From: Azolla caroliniana
Lineage: Eukaryota > Plantae > Polypodiophyta
Assembly: GCA_043228905.1 (NCBI GenBank)
Contig: JBHGNT010000012.1
Location: forward strand, 9,982,001-10,046,000
Length of the DNA: 64,000 nucleotides
Reading direction: 5' to 3'
Shown piece after piece: positions 36,263 to 48,845 of this stretch. A program made the translations under genes and the position numbers. Each line of letters starts with the position of its first letter. Position 1 is the first letter of the stretch. The notes beneath the pieces were generated by a model. The model worked only from the letters and a program-made list of their open reading frames with translations. It had not been told where the DNA came from and ran no database searches.

Positions 36263-38489
36263 AGTTGTACACCGCACACCATTGAATTGGATGGATGAAG
36301 AGGACAAGGGCTACTGCGCACTCAAGGTAATGTTATCACAAGCACCAATGGTACAACCCCCGGAATGGTCAAAAGAGTTCCATGTCTTCGTGGACGCGTC
36401 GAATATTGCAATCGGCAACGTACTCATGCAACTTACCGAACCGAAGTGGTATCGGCCGGTGTACTACGCTAGCCGGAAGCTGTGAAAGGTGGAGCGAAAT
36501 TATTCCATACAGAAAGAGAAGCCCTTGGAATGATATACAATGTCACCAAATACCGACATTATTTGTTGGGCCGCAAGTTTTCATTCCATGTAGACCATTC
36601 AACGCTTTTATACTTGGTCTCGAAGGCATCGCTCACCTGCAAGCTGGACCGGTGGACATTATTATTATAAGAATTTGAATTTGAGATCTATCACTGGTCG
36701 GGTATGAAACATACGGTTGCCGATTACTTGACCCAGTTAGAATCCGGAGAGACCGGTGATGGTGTTCAAGATGAATTTCTGGATGCCACATTGTTTAAAA
36801 GTACCGCGGAAACCACAGAAGATGGGACAGCCGCGGACGAGGACAAATGGCTAACGAATATGCACCAGTTCTTAAGCATCGGACTACCCCCCAGAGGAGA
36901 TTAACCAGGATGAACGTAAACAGTTGGCGGTGCAAAGCCGACACCTTTGTCTAGTGCATGATACTCTGTATCATAAAGGAGCAGACGACATATGCGGGCG
37001 AGCGGTTCAGAGTGATGAAAAAGACACCGTAGTAGTCTCGCCGGAGGACATTATGCCGGTGAAGCTACGGCAAGGAAAATATGGCGGAGCGACTGATGGT
37101 GGCCAACAACACTAAAGGACTCGGTCCGATATACGAAGGAATGTGATCTGTGTCAAAGAATGGGCCAGCCAATGGAACAAGCGTGCATGCCGCAACAGCC
37201 GCTACTACCTCTAGAGCCATTCCAGAAATGGGGGCTAGAGTTCGTTGGACTATTCAAGCCACCGGCAATGCGAACCGGAAACCAATAATTTTCATCACAA
37301 CTTAGTGTACAAAATGGGTGGAAGCGAAGGCACTACGTGACAATACCGCGACGTCAACGACAAAGTTCCTATACGAGTACATCTGGTGCCAGTATGAATG
37401 TCCAATCGAATTAATCAGCAACCAAGGTGGACACTTCCTCGGCCACGTGGTGGAAAGCCTAACAACATTTTATGCGGTCGTGCACAAGCGAAGCACCCCT
37501 TATTACCCGGAAGCCAATGGATTGGCCGAATCTACCAATAAAACTCTGCAGAACATTCTCCGGAAGGTTGTCAATGAGAACCGAACTGATTGGGATACAA
37601 AGTTGCACAATGTGTTATGGGCTTACAGAACAATATACAAAACAAGTATCCGGACAACACCATTCTGGTTAGTGTTTGGTCTCGAAGCGGTGATGCAAAT
37701 TGAATTCCAAATTCCAAGCTTACGGATACAGGTTCAGGAACGGCTGAGCGAAAAGGAGTCAGAGAAAATCCTATTAGTAGCATTATGTGAGCTGGAGGAA
37801 CACCGAATAGTGAGCCTAATGCAGATGGAACTCGAGCAATGACGAAGGAAAGCATTTGTTGACCGCCACCAGAAGCGTAACGATAAATTTTTTGGAATAT
37901 GCCGGGAAAGCTATGGTTCCGGTGGACCGGACCATATTGGGTAACGGGAGAGTTCAACGGCTCATATCAGCTGGGAACGCTAGCTGGCGAGGTGCTGGAC
38001 AAGTGGGTAAATGGGTTCCGACTTAAACCATATTATAGACCCATGCCATAGAACCCGATTCATCAACCAGAGAACAATGCGGACATACGCAACGGCAAAC
38101 CGCTGGCCAGCAACAATGACGACAAGGGAGCCAGGGTTACTGGGTAACCAGAACTAAAAAAAAGAAGAAGAAGAAGAAGAAGAAGAAAAGATCATCATGC
38201 AGAGATGAGGAATGAATAGACACCTCGAAAAGTTGTGGAGTGGCTATTTAAAGCCTAGTTAAAGCGCACCACGTGTCACACAATTGCTATTATAGTACAC
38301 TACGTGCATGCGCAGGAATTGAGAAAGACGCCATGCATGGGAACAAGAAACCTCTACCTCGCAGAGTCTCTTTCATTTCGCGAACACAAAGCACTGAGCA
38401 CACAAACGACAATACAAGTGAACAGACGAAGGCATGAAGCATAGACAAGCACATCGGCCCTACCTACCTCCGCAGAACCAGAAGACGAG

Positions 38490-40752
38490 ATGGAACCTAT
38501 GGCTCTTTCAGAAATAGCCAAGAAGTGGTTCAACCAACATGGGCTGGGAGGCTTCCTGAGAATAGCAGAGCCGCCGCCGCATGACAAAGCAGAAGAAGTT
38601 GTGCAAAAAATCGAAACGGAGGTCATAACGGAGGAAGCCATCTGCGTGCTAATCGGACTACCGGAAGGGGGTATATACTTGATCGAGAAACTTCTCCTGA
38701 AACACTAACCAAGTTTTTTGGCGAGTATTCCCTCGCTAGTAAGGCTCACTGAACACAGGGCGGCGAGGACCCTCTATTCAGAGAAGTGGTTCGTGTCCTC
38801 CACGAGTATGGGTTCATGTACCCCCCACCCCCGACAATGCCAAAGAACAACGCTGGTTTCATCATTGCTACGTACACAGGGGTGCAAGTGGATTGGTCGG
38901 TAATCATCGCCGATTGTTTGAGAACGGTGATAGAATCAGTGCAGAACAGCAAGAAATTATGGACGGCCGTAGCTCAATGGCTGACTCTTGTGGTGCGACC
39001 GGTGGAGCCGGTAAGGACTAAGAAGTGGGTTCAAGTAACAGAGACCACGCCTAACAAACCTTCAAAACGGGAGCAACTTCTGGCCAAGCACACACCTGGA
39101 TGGAAAGAGAGCAGTACTTTGCAGCAAGGGATAGAACAACCAAGCCGGAAGAGACAAGCAGACACAGACACACCGGTGGAGCCAATCGTAAGGCCTCTGA
39201 AAATCAAGTTGCGCCGATAGGAACAAGAGTCGGACCCCTTGGCAACAAAGATCAATATCAGGACCCAAGAGGAGGAGGCGGAGGAAGACCCTGCTGAGAA
39301 CCTCCTACGTCGCAAGAAGCGTAGCAATACGGAGCAGAAGGGGGACGAATCGGGTCCGGTGAAGGACAGCGCACCGACACCCTGTTCCGAGGGAATGGAG
39401 CCAACGAAGGAGGCGGAACCGTTCAACCAGAACCGATGGAAGAACTACTTGTGCGGCAAGAAGCAACAAGGCCGGTGGTCCAAGACCCGTAATCGAATTT
39501 CCTACCTCACTGGAGCAACAGGCACAACAAGAGCAGGAATTGTTGCTACAGTCAACAATCGAAAAAAGGCTTCTACCGAGAATAGAGGCCACACCACAAC
39601 CAGAACTGGCACGACAAAAAGGCACCGATAGTCAATGGCTACGGTGGATCGCCGAGTAGGTGGCTGGGGTGGTATGCCAAATTGAAATGGAAGAGATAGC
39701 ACAGGGGAACTGGTTGTCCGCCACAACCGAAGAAATTGAGAAGGCCCGGTCGAGGATCCGGAGCATGGAAGAAGAAATTGTGCACGCTAAAGCAGACGCG
39801 GCTCAACAGGTTACAAAAGGACCAAGACTACCAGAACCGGTGGCTCCGGTGAATGAACAAACTAATAACATGTTGGTAACTGAAATAGCACTGGTTGCAA
39901 ATAAGGCACAAGAACAAGAACTCGCCATTCTCAGAGAGGAATTGGCAGCCCAAGAAGCCTCAAGGGCTAAAGAATGAGACCTTAAGAAGGCGGCGGAGGA
40001 AGAGCTACAAAAAACGGTAGAGAACCTCCAAAAAGCCAAGGAAAATCTACGGAAAGGTCATCAAGCATATGACCGATGGAAGGAAGAAAAAGACAACTTG
40101 TTGCCAGAAAGGGACAAACTCCGGTGATGGGCGGTAGTCGAGATCTAGCGTCTCCAAGAAGAACTCCTGCAACAGAAGGACCGTGAGGCTGAAACCGAAA
40201 ATGGATGATTTTGACAGGTTGCACCGGGATCACAAGCACCTAGAGGTGGAACACAAGAAATTGATGGCAGAAGGTGACCGACAACAAGAAAAGATGCGGG
40301 AAATCCGGGATGAAGTCCACAGAACGGCAGCGGCATTGGCAAATGAAAGGACCAAGGGAGTTGAGGCAGCAAAGATGCTGGCAGAAGCGGCAAAGGCCAA
40401 ACTGGAGCTTACCCGGAAGCATCATGAGGAGATGGAACGATGGGACTTGACCGTATTCGAGATATTGTACTTGGTAGAAATTACGTGGAATAATCTCCAG
40501 CCACAACCGAAGCGTAGATCACTTGATGACAATCGAACACAGAAGAGATGGGAATGGAGGTAAGTACACGAACAGAAAAAAAGAATACAAAAGATGTTAA
40601 CGTGGGAAACCCCCGAGAGGGAAAAACCACGGGAGTCCACAGACTCCAAACTATCACTATGGCAATGATTACAACATGGAGCACAAAGGCAATGACCTCC
40701 TGCTCTCAATCTCCGCCTGGCAGCGGTTACAACAGAGACATGCTCTGTATCG

Positions 40753-40793
<41 letters not shown>

Positions 40794-43700
40794 CAGTCGT
40801 TACACCAAATTACGCTATATATGATAATAACAGCAATGGTACAAACACTGTTTGCCCTAGGTCACATTTATACTAATATGATATTAGGAATATTACAGAT
40901 ATAGCCCCAATGGGCTCTTAGAAATATATCTACATATATGTCCCTTCATCCGGTGAGAGGTTCTCACCGGCCTGCAACATCCAGTTCTCACTGGGTCTTC
41001 TAATGTCGGGCCTGCACCATCTGGTTCTCACCGGGTCTTCCTTGTTGGGTACTCGTCATCCGGTTCTCATCGGGTCTTCCGATGCCGGGCCTGCGTATCC
41101 CATCCGGAGGGATCGAGATCCTAACAAACTCCCCCTTCACTCCGGTATGAGATGCCTCGTCAATCCGATCCACTTCCGGCATGCGTCTAACTTGTCGAGT
41201 GTCAGCACCTTGGTCAACATATCCGACCGGTTCTCCTCCATGTGGATCTTAGTCAGCACGAACTCTCGGTCTTCTACTCGCTCCCGAATCTAGTGGTACG
41301 TCCGTTGGATGTGCTTTGTCCTTGAATGATATGCTGCGTTCTTCGCAAGGTGCATGGCACTTTGATTATCGCAATAGAGCCGGTGTTCCTCTTGCTGGAT
41401 CCCTAGCTCTTCGATGAAGTCCTTCATCCATAGTATTTCCTTTCCGGCTTCCACAACCGCCATGTACTCTGCTTCTGTGGTTGACAACGCAACCGTTTGC
41501 TGAAGCCTTGATTGCCACGAAACAACTCCCCTCGCATATGTCATGACATATCCGGATGTTGACCGGCTGGTATCCGCATCAGCCGACATATTTGAATTGG
41601 TGAAACCATCAAGTTGGGGTTTACCAGAGCCGAATCGGAGACAAATACTTGAGGTTCCTTTTAAGTATCGAAGTATCCATTTTACCGCATTCCAGTGCTC
41701 CTTGTCGGGATTGCTCATAAACCGGCTCACCACTTCGACTGCATATCCGATATCCGGTCGGGTACACACCATTGCGTACATTAAGCTCCTGACGACAGAG
41801 GCATATGCTATCTTCATCATATCCACCTTCTCTGCCTTCGTCTTCGGGCTTAGCTTACCGGATAACCTGCAGTTTGCCGGAAGTGTCGATCTGACGGGTT
41901 TCGCATCTGACATGTTGAACCGTTGAAGCACCTTTGTCACGTACTTCTTCTGTGACAGCCACAATTGCTTCGTTGGCTGGTCCCGGATGATATGCATCCC
42001 CAGCATCTGTCTTGCTAGACCCAAGTCTTTCATTGAGAAGGTCCGGTTTAGGGCCTTCTTCTGACCCGTATCTTGACTTGGTCTCGTGCGACGATCAACA
42101 TGTCGTCCACGTACAAGAGGAGTATCAGGAAGGAGTCAAACTTCTGGTACCCTTGCTAGGGAGCCTGCTTCAACCCGTAGAGGCTCTTTTTTAACCGGCA
42201 AACTAGGTGCTCCTTCCCTTTCTTCACAAATCCCTCCGGTTGCTGCATGTAGATCTCCTCTTCGAGGTTGCTGTGGAGGAACGTTGTCTTCACGTCTAAC
42301 TGCTCTACCTCGAGGTCCATGCTTGCCGCTATCCTCAACACCGTCCGGATGGAAGTCATCTTTACTACCGGGGCAAATATCTCATCCAAGTCCACGCCCT
42401 TCTTCTGCTGGAACCCCTTGACCATGATCCTGGCTTTGTAACTTGGAGGGTTGCCGGCATCTCCCGGTTTCAACTTGTACACCCACTTGTTTAGGAGTGC
42501 CCTCTTTCCTTTCGGAAACTCCACCAATTCATACGTGTGGTTCTCATGCAGGGAATCCATCTCGTCCGGCATGGCACTCAACCACTTGTGGCTATGGGTG
42601 TCATCATTCGCTTCTTTGAAGCTTTCCGGCTCCCCCTCATCGGTCAGCAGCACATGATCTACATCCGGAAATATCCGGGGGGCCCTTCTCTCTCTGAGAG
42701 GATATCTTCGTCTTTGGCTTTTTGCAATCGGCTCCTCTATTTGTTCTTCATCCGAATCTGATTCGGGGTCTTGGCCGATTCCGGTTTCAGCTTCCGGCCT
42801 GGTCCCCTCTGGTCTTTACCGTTGCGGTCCGGTGTCCGCTTCGAATCGGTACCATCAGTTTCCTTTTCTTTTCGGGAGTGCCGACAGTTCTTCTGGACGT
42901 GTCCCGAAGTGTCCCGGCTTGCCGCAATAGAAGCAAGTAGGCCTCCCCCTTGACTTTGACTATTTCCTCGACTTTTCCCGGTTCTGGGGACTACAGTTCC
43001 TTTGTCTTTCGCGTTCCGATTCGGTAAGGAGGGCTTTGGATTCGGAGCTTGTATCCTTGTCTTTCCGACGCGCCTCCTCATCGAGCAAGCTCGACTTCAC
43101 TCTTGCTAGGATAGCCGTTTCCCTTCCAGCCCGGCATTGCCCAAAGTGACAACCAACGTCTCCCAGCTATCTTGGAGGGAATCGAGCAGGAGTAGTTGTG
43201 CTAGTACCTCATCGGTGAGAGGTACTTCCAATGATGTTGCTTGGTGGATCAGCCCCTGGAATGCATTCATGTGCTCCGCCATGCTAGAGCCATCTTGGTA
43301 CTGGAGTCTTACTAGCTTCCGAAATACCGAAACCTGATTAACAACATTTTTGTTCTGAAACATAATGTCGATCTTCTCCAAGAGCTCATGAGCCTTGCTC
43401 TCTTCATTGAAGTTGTTGTATAGACTCCTGTCGATGAAGCACCGTATGTATGCCGTCATCTTCATGTGCATCACCTCCCATATCGTGGCATCGATTTTGT
43501 CCGGTCTCTTGTCAACGAACTGAATTGGCAACCAAAGATCTTTAACCACGAGCATGTCCCTCATCTTCGACTTCCATACTGAGTAGTTGGAGCCGGTGAG
43601 CTTGAACATGCCTCCCAACGAATCGTCCATTTTTCTGTGTCGTTTTGCTCTGATACCACTTTGACAGAAAATATGCGGAATAATCTCCAGCTACAACCGA

Positions 43701-43964
43701 AGCGTAGATCACTTGATGACAATTGAACACAGAAGAGATGGGAATGGAGGTAAGTACACGAATAGAAAATGAGAATACACAGGATGTTAACGTGGAAAAC
43801 CCCCGAGAGGGATAAACCACGGGAGTCCCCAGACTCCAAAACTATCACTATGCCAATGATTACAACAGGGAGCATAGAGGCAATGACCTCTTGCTCTCGA
43901 TCTTCGCCTGGCGGAGATTACAACAGAGACATGCTCCGTATCACTCGCTCGCTCTCTCTCTCAC

Positions 43965-43999
<35 letters not shown>

Positions 44000-44612
44000 T
44001 TGTTACACCAAATTACGCTATATATGATAATAAAAGCAACGGTACATACACTATTTGCCCTAGGTCACATTTATACTAATATGACATTAGGACTATTTAC
44101 AGATATAGCCCCAATGGGCTCTCAGAAACATATCTATATATATGTCCCTTCATCCGGTGAGAGGTTCTCACCGGGCCTGCAACATCTGGTTCTCACCGGA
44201 CCCGCGTATCCCATCCGAAGGAACTGAGATCCTAACAGTACTAACATGGAGGGATCGGACGAAGAAGTTAGTTGAAGAAAGTTCAGTACAGTGGTGGTCC
44301 AAATGGGCAAAGTAGGCAGCCGAGTTGCAGGTCTTGCGAGCGGATGCGGAGAACCGGCAAAAGGACGGCGATAACTTCTACAAAATTGACGCGGAAAGCG
44401 TTGTGACCATACGAGAGGAGTTATCGGATGACTTCCTGTCCTTTGCTGGAGAGCAACTGGTGGCGATGGGCCGGCTGGTGGAACAGTTGGATGATGGCCA
44501 ACTGGATACCCAACTCCAGTTCGAGTGTTACGAACGGGAGGGGAGACAACAAATGGAGCCTACACGAACGGTGACAATTAACTTTAGTGATGAAGAGAAA
44601 TCTCTGGAGTAG
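38490..44612 (+). pseudogene. G1 additional sense ORF between integrase and 3' LTR (coiled-coil rich), interrupted by Copia D
   Basis: Chain of same-strand ORF fragments at 38490-40471 resumes at 44243-44612; paralogous piece at 1-194. Confidence 0.6.
40472..44237 (-). mobile_element. Internally deleted Copia element D
   Basis: LTRs 40472-41126 and 43662-44237; TSD GTACT; PBS complement at 43647-43658; gag 43630-~42800 fused to post-INT sequence; RT/RH remnant; protease and almost all integrase missing. Confidence 0.93.
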
Positions 44613-44867
44613 ACGCCGAATGCAGCCGAGACCAGAGAAAGCCAAACAAAAGTAGCTCAAGAGGAGTAGTCGAAGGTAATCGAGCCGAAAGAGCCAGTGC
44701 AAGACAGTGCAAGCCCGGAAGGGATGAAAACCGGAGAGGCAGAGCAGGCTAGAGAGCAACAACAACAACCACCACAACAACAAACGAAACAACTACCCAA
44801 AGAACCTCTAGAACCCTTGGACCAAAGCATTCTGGACATTTTGACAGACGAGTGATAAGGGGCTAAT

Positions 44868-45399
44868 TGTGGGTTCGACGTACAATGTACTGTCCCACGG
44901 TCGTGCCATGTGTGGGCTGGCAAGGCAAAAGGGCCGGTTAGAGTCTAGAATGTAAAAGCGGTATTTAATTAGGAATAGGAAGTTGAAATTAATAAGTACT
45001 ATGTTATTTTGAGAATTAATAAGTATTATCAGAAGCAGACGGACGGACCCAGAATCAGTATGCCGATTCGGATACGGACCGGATCGTTGCCGGTTGTCGG
45101 TTGTCACCGGTTTGTAACTCAATCGGAGACCTATAAAAGGACCCGGCAAGAATGTAATAAATCACAGATGATTAATAGAAGTGTTGTTGTTTACGTATGT
45201 TTAGTGTCTATCTGGTTACTATCTTGTGCTTAATATAATTAATCTTACGTGTGTGTTACGACTAATTAAGAGTGCCGGTTAGTAACCGGTTAAGACCCAT
45301 TCGATACTACGGTCTATCCGTATCTCCTTGTACCACCCTTTGGTGAAGTGTTCGATAGGGACACCCTGTGTTAGGGCTTGTCCAACCTGAGGGATAACA
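44868..45399 (+). repeat. 3' LTR of Gypsy G1
   Basis: TG..CA termini; CTATAAAA at ~45131; U5 end homologous to the G3 LTR. Confidence 0.85.
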
Positions 45400-46435
45400 C
45401 TCACGTGCGTTCCTGTTCTAGTTCTCGGTGAGGGCCGCATACTCCCTTACGATTGTTCGTGTTCAGTTCTCAGTGAGGGCCGCATGGTCGCGCACGTCCA
45501 TTCGTGTTCTGTTTTTGGTGAAGGCCGCATGGTCGCTCATGCTCTTTCGTGTTTCTGATGAGGATCGCAGATAGTCGCTCACGTTCCAGTTTCTGATGAG
45601 GGCCACACATGGTCGCTCACATCCGTTTGTGTTCCAGTTCTCAGTGAGGGCCGCATGGTCGTTCACTTCTGTTTGTGTTCAGTTCTTGGTGAGGGCCACA
45701 TGGTCGCTCATGCCCTTTTGTGTTTTCGATGAGGACCGCAGATGGTCGCTCACATTCCAGTTCCCGATGACGGCCACACATGGTCACTCACGCTCGTTCG
45801 TATTCAATTCTCGGTGAGGGTTGCATGGTCGCTTCGTGTTCCAATTCTCTATGAGGGCCGCATGGTCACTCATGCCCTTTTGTGTTTTCGATGAGGACTG
45901 CAGATGGTCGCTCACGTTCCAGTTCCCGATGACGGCCACACATGGTCACTCACGCTCGTTCGTATTCAATTCTTGGTGAGGGTTGCATGGTCGGTTCGTG
46001 TTCCAATTCTCTGTGAGGGCCGCATGGTTACTCATGCCCTTTTGTGTTTTCGATGAGGACCGCAGATGGTCGCTCACATTCCAGTTCCCGATGACGGCCA
46101 CACATGGTCACTCACGCTCGTTCGTATTCAATTCTCGGTGAGGGTTGCATGGTCGCTTCATGTTCCAATTATCTGTGAGGGCCGCATGGTCGCTCATGCC
46201 CATTGGAGTTCATGTTCCAACTATCTCCGAGGACCGACATGGTCTCTCATGCCCATTGGTGTTCGTGTTCCCTGTGAGGACCGCACATGGTCACTCATGC
46301 CCGTTGGTATTCGTGTTCCAGTCTCCAGCGAGGACGGCACATGGTCGCTCACTCCAGCTATTGTTCCTGTTCCGGATCCTGGCGAGGACCAACATGGTCG
46401 CTCATGCCTACTATTGTTCATGTTCCAATTCCCAT
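45400..46435. repeat. Minisatellite of ~35-45 bp hairpin-core units with a 162-bp higher-order period
   Basis: Core TGAGG(G/A)CCGCATGGTCGCTCA recurs about 25 times; 4-unit blocks repeat at 45731, 45893 and 46055. Confidence 0.9.
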
Positions 46436-46989
46436 CCACTCCTACACCACGCTTTGGAAATGGCGGCTATAAAGGGCAAGATAATCTCACGACACAAAGA
46501 ATCTGTTAAATACGTAATTAGTAGAATTGAACCTGTAACCTCACAAGTACAAAATGTCATGTTCAACCATTTTGATATGAGAATGCATTTATATATAATG
46601 ATTTAGTATTCTATAGTCTAGCATATAATACATTTCAGAATCAGAATATTCTAGTCAGTAGTATATTCTAGAAATATTGTACGGCATATTCTAGACGAGT
46701 ATATTGTAGAGATATTTCTCGAGTATATTCTAGAGATATTCAATCTCGGAACATCTATAAATATTTGCAGCCTCCTTGGTCCCTTTCAAGGGATTCAACA
46801 CCAATCATTGACACATGAATCTAGTATTCGCGTTTCGCCTCATCATTGTCGCCTTGATCTTAATTTCTGTCTTCACGGCCTCATGCTGCTCACAACATCT
46901 AGAGTTCCTAGCCTCGTCCCATCTAGCTCCAAGTTCATCCGTCGCTCGTAGCCCCGTCATATGTGCTTCGTCCTAGTCCGCGTTTGGTG

Positions 46990-47533
46990 TATCCGTGAGA
47001 ATACCGGACCAACTGGACCTTTCTGGATGAACTGTGAAGAGCCTGACATTGAGGCTACAAACCCCATCTTACACAACCGGTGCGTGATTTTCGAATTCCA
47101 GGTGAAGGGGGCTTGCTTCAGTTGGCAGAGTGTCGACTTGTTCATCTCTGACTGAAACCCGGTTGGCTACATCATGTAAACCCGCTCTTCGAGGTCACCT
47201 TGAAGAAATGAATTCTTCACATCCATCTGGTGAATATGCCACCCTCTTGGCACAACAACCGCCAGCACCACACGAATTGCCGTCATCTTTGCTACCGGAG
47301 CAAAGGTCTCGTCATAGTCGATTCTGTGGGTGTACGCGAATTGCTTGGCCACTAACCAAGCCTTGTACCGGTTGACTGAACCATCAGGATTATACTTCAA
47401 CTTTTACACCCACTTGAAACCGATCGGTTTGCAATGTCGGGGAGGGTCAACCAGGCCCCATGTGTCATTGGCATTAGGTACCCGCATCTCTTCCTCCATT
47501 GCGACACACCAATTCGAGGCTTTTGCCGCCTCT
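46990..47533 (-). pseudogene. Decayed Copia RT fragment (relative of Copia E)
   Basis: [48 protein letters not shown]; LKQAP. Confidence 0.9.
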
Positions 47534-48404
47534 TCAATTGAACATTTGAAAACAATCTTGGTTGGGATAAACATTTGATAGCAACCTTTGTTGGGGATGG
47601 TTGATCATAGTTTTTTCCTCAAATTAAATTATTATGGTTCCTGGTTTTGCAACCAACTACCTATCTCAAATATATTGGGATTCGAATCATCTATAGAAGT
47701 TGTTATAGAATCACTTTAAGTGTTGTTGGTGGGATTCAAGCCCAAGTCTCCACGGCCACAACGTGGAATTCTAACCACTAAACTAGAACCACTTAGTTTG
47801 TATTGCCAAATTGGAACTAAGTCTTCACAACCACAACATTGACTTGTAACCACTAAGTATTGCCTTCAAATATTGCATGCATAAATTGATAGCTACACTC
47901 TATATAACATATTGGGCAATTCTCCATAAAGGCATCCATAAATATGGAATTCTAATCACTAAGAGTTGACATCCTATGTGGCGTGAATAAATTCATGTAG
48001 ACAATCAATATGACATATGAGGCAAGTCTCCATAAAGCGATGAACAAATTCATGTGCACATTCTATATGAAATAGGAACCATGATTGCACATGTGATAAC
48101 ATTGTGCAATATGGAAAAAGCAAACCAATGAAATGCCAACTTCATACCCTGCTGAATTAAATATTTAACAGTTTTCGCATGTGAATTTACACTAAATATC
48201 AAGTTCTTGAATGCGATTCATCGGCAACTCTAGATTGCGACAACCTCAAATTTTAACTACTGAGTCGATTTTTTTTCTCAAATTAATTATTCTGGTCGTT
48301 TGCATTAGCAAACAAAAATCCATTTACACATTCGATATGTATTATGGGTCAAGGCCCTCCAACACCAATGTATAATGCCAAGCTCATTGTTTGTCGAGCT
48401 TAGG
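47534..48404 (-). repeat. Second block of the tRNA-His array
   Basis: Colinear with 1025-1102 plus 6583-7373. Confidence 0.92.
47721..47792 (-). tRNA. tRNA-His(GUG) copy H6 (probable pseudogene)
   Basis: Perfect anticodon arm CCACG-TTGTGGC-CGTGG; acceptor stem and T loop mutated. Confidence 0.85.
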
Positions 48405-48845
48405 TATTAGAGATCTAAGTACTAAAGTAAGCTTAAGATAAGGATAAACAAATGATAGATAGAAAGGAGAAAGAGAAAGAAGGGTGCCGATCCACCCGAT
48501 CACCCCCGAGCGAAGGGATCGAGATGGACTCGAGCCTCGATCGGCGTCCCATACCACCACCGTGGCGTCGAGTCGTACCTGGTGCTAGCGCACTCGCTAC
48601 AAGAGTTGACCCACCACAAGAGCAGAGTCTCGATGTAGTCAAAAGATGATCAAATAAGGGTAGCTAGGCCTCTTATTTATAGCGATACCCAAGGCCCCCA
48701 GGCAAGTTCACACTTGAACTAATGGGTTGTCTCAATCCCGAGGATTAAAAGTAATCCTCCCCTTCTTTACACTCTCGTTTAACCCTCACACTTATCCACG
48801 TGTATAGAATACTACGGTAAATTCTCACCACGGGATATTAAATGG

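Larger units (their letters stand above)
29354..38050 (+). pseudogene. pol: Gypsy G1 pol (PR end, RT, RNase H, integrase), interrupted by Copia A2
   Basis: LLLG*PWL; WLSPIVVVPKKNGKIRVCVDY; FLDGFSGYNQI; VFLDDF; FHVFVDAS; TEREAL; ANGLAESTNKT; LWAYRT. Confidence 0.92.
21155..45399 (+). mobile_element. Decayed non-chromovirus Ty3/Gypsy element G1, host of Copia C, A2 and D
   Basis: LTR tail GGGATAACA (to 21169) then PBS TGGCGACCAC (tRNA-Arg-like) at ~21177; gag remnant from 21222; PR-RT-RH-INT at 29354-38050; extra ORF; purine tract ~44850-44862; 3' LTR 44868-45399 ending GGGATAACA. No TSD recovered. Confidence 0.8.

Noticed and set aside
45400-46435. CRISPR-like repeat/spacer array
   Set aside because: Spacers are related to each other and repeat with a 162-bp period, the context is eukaryotic, and there are no cas genes.
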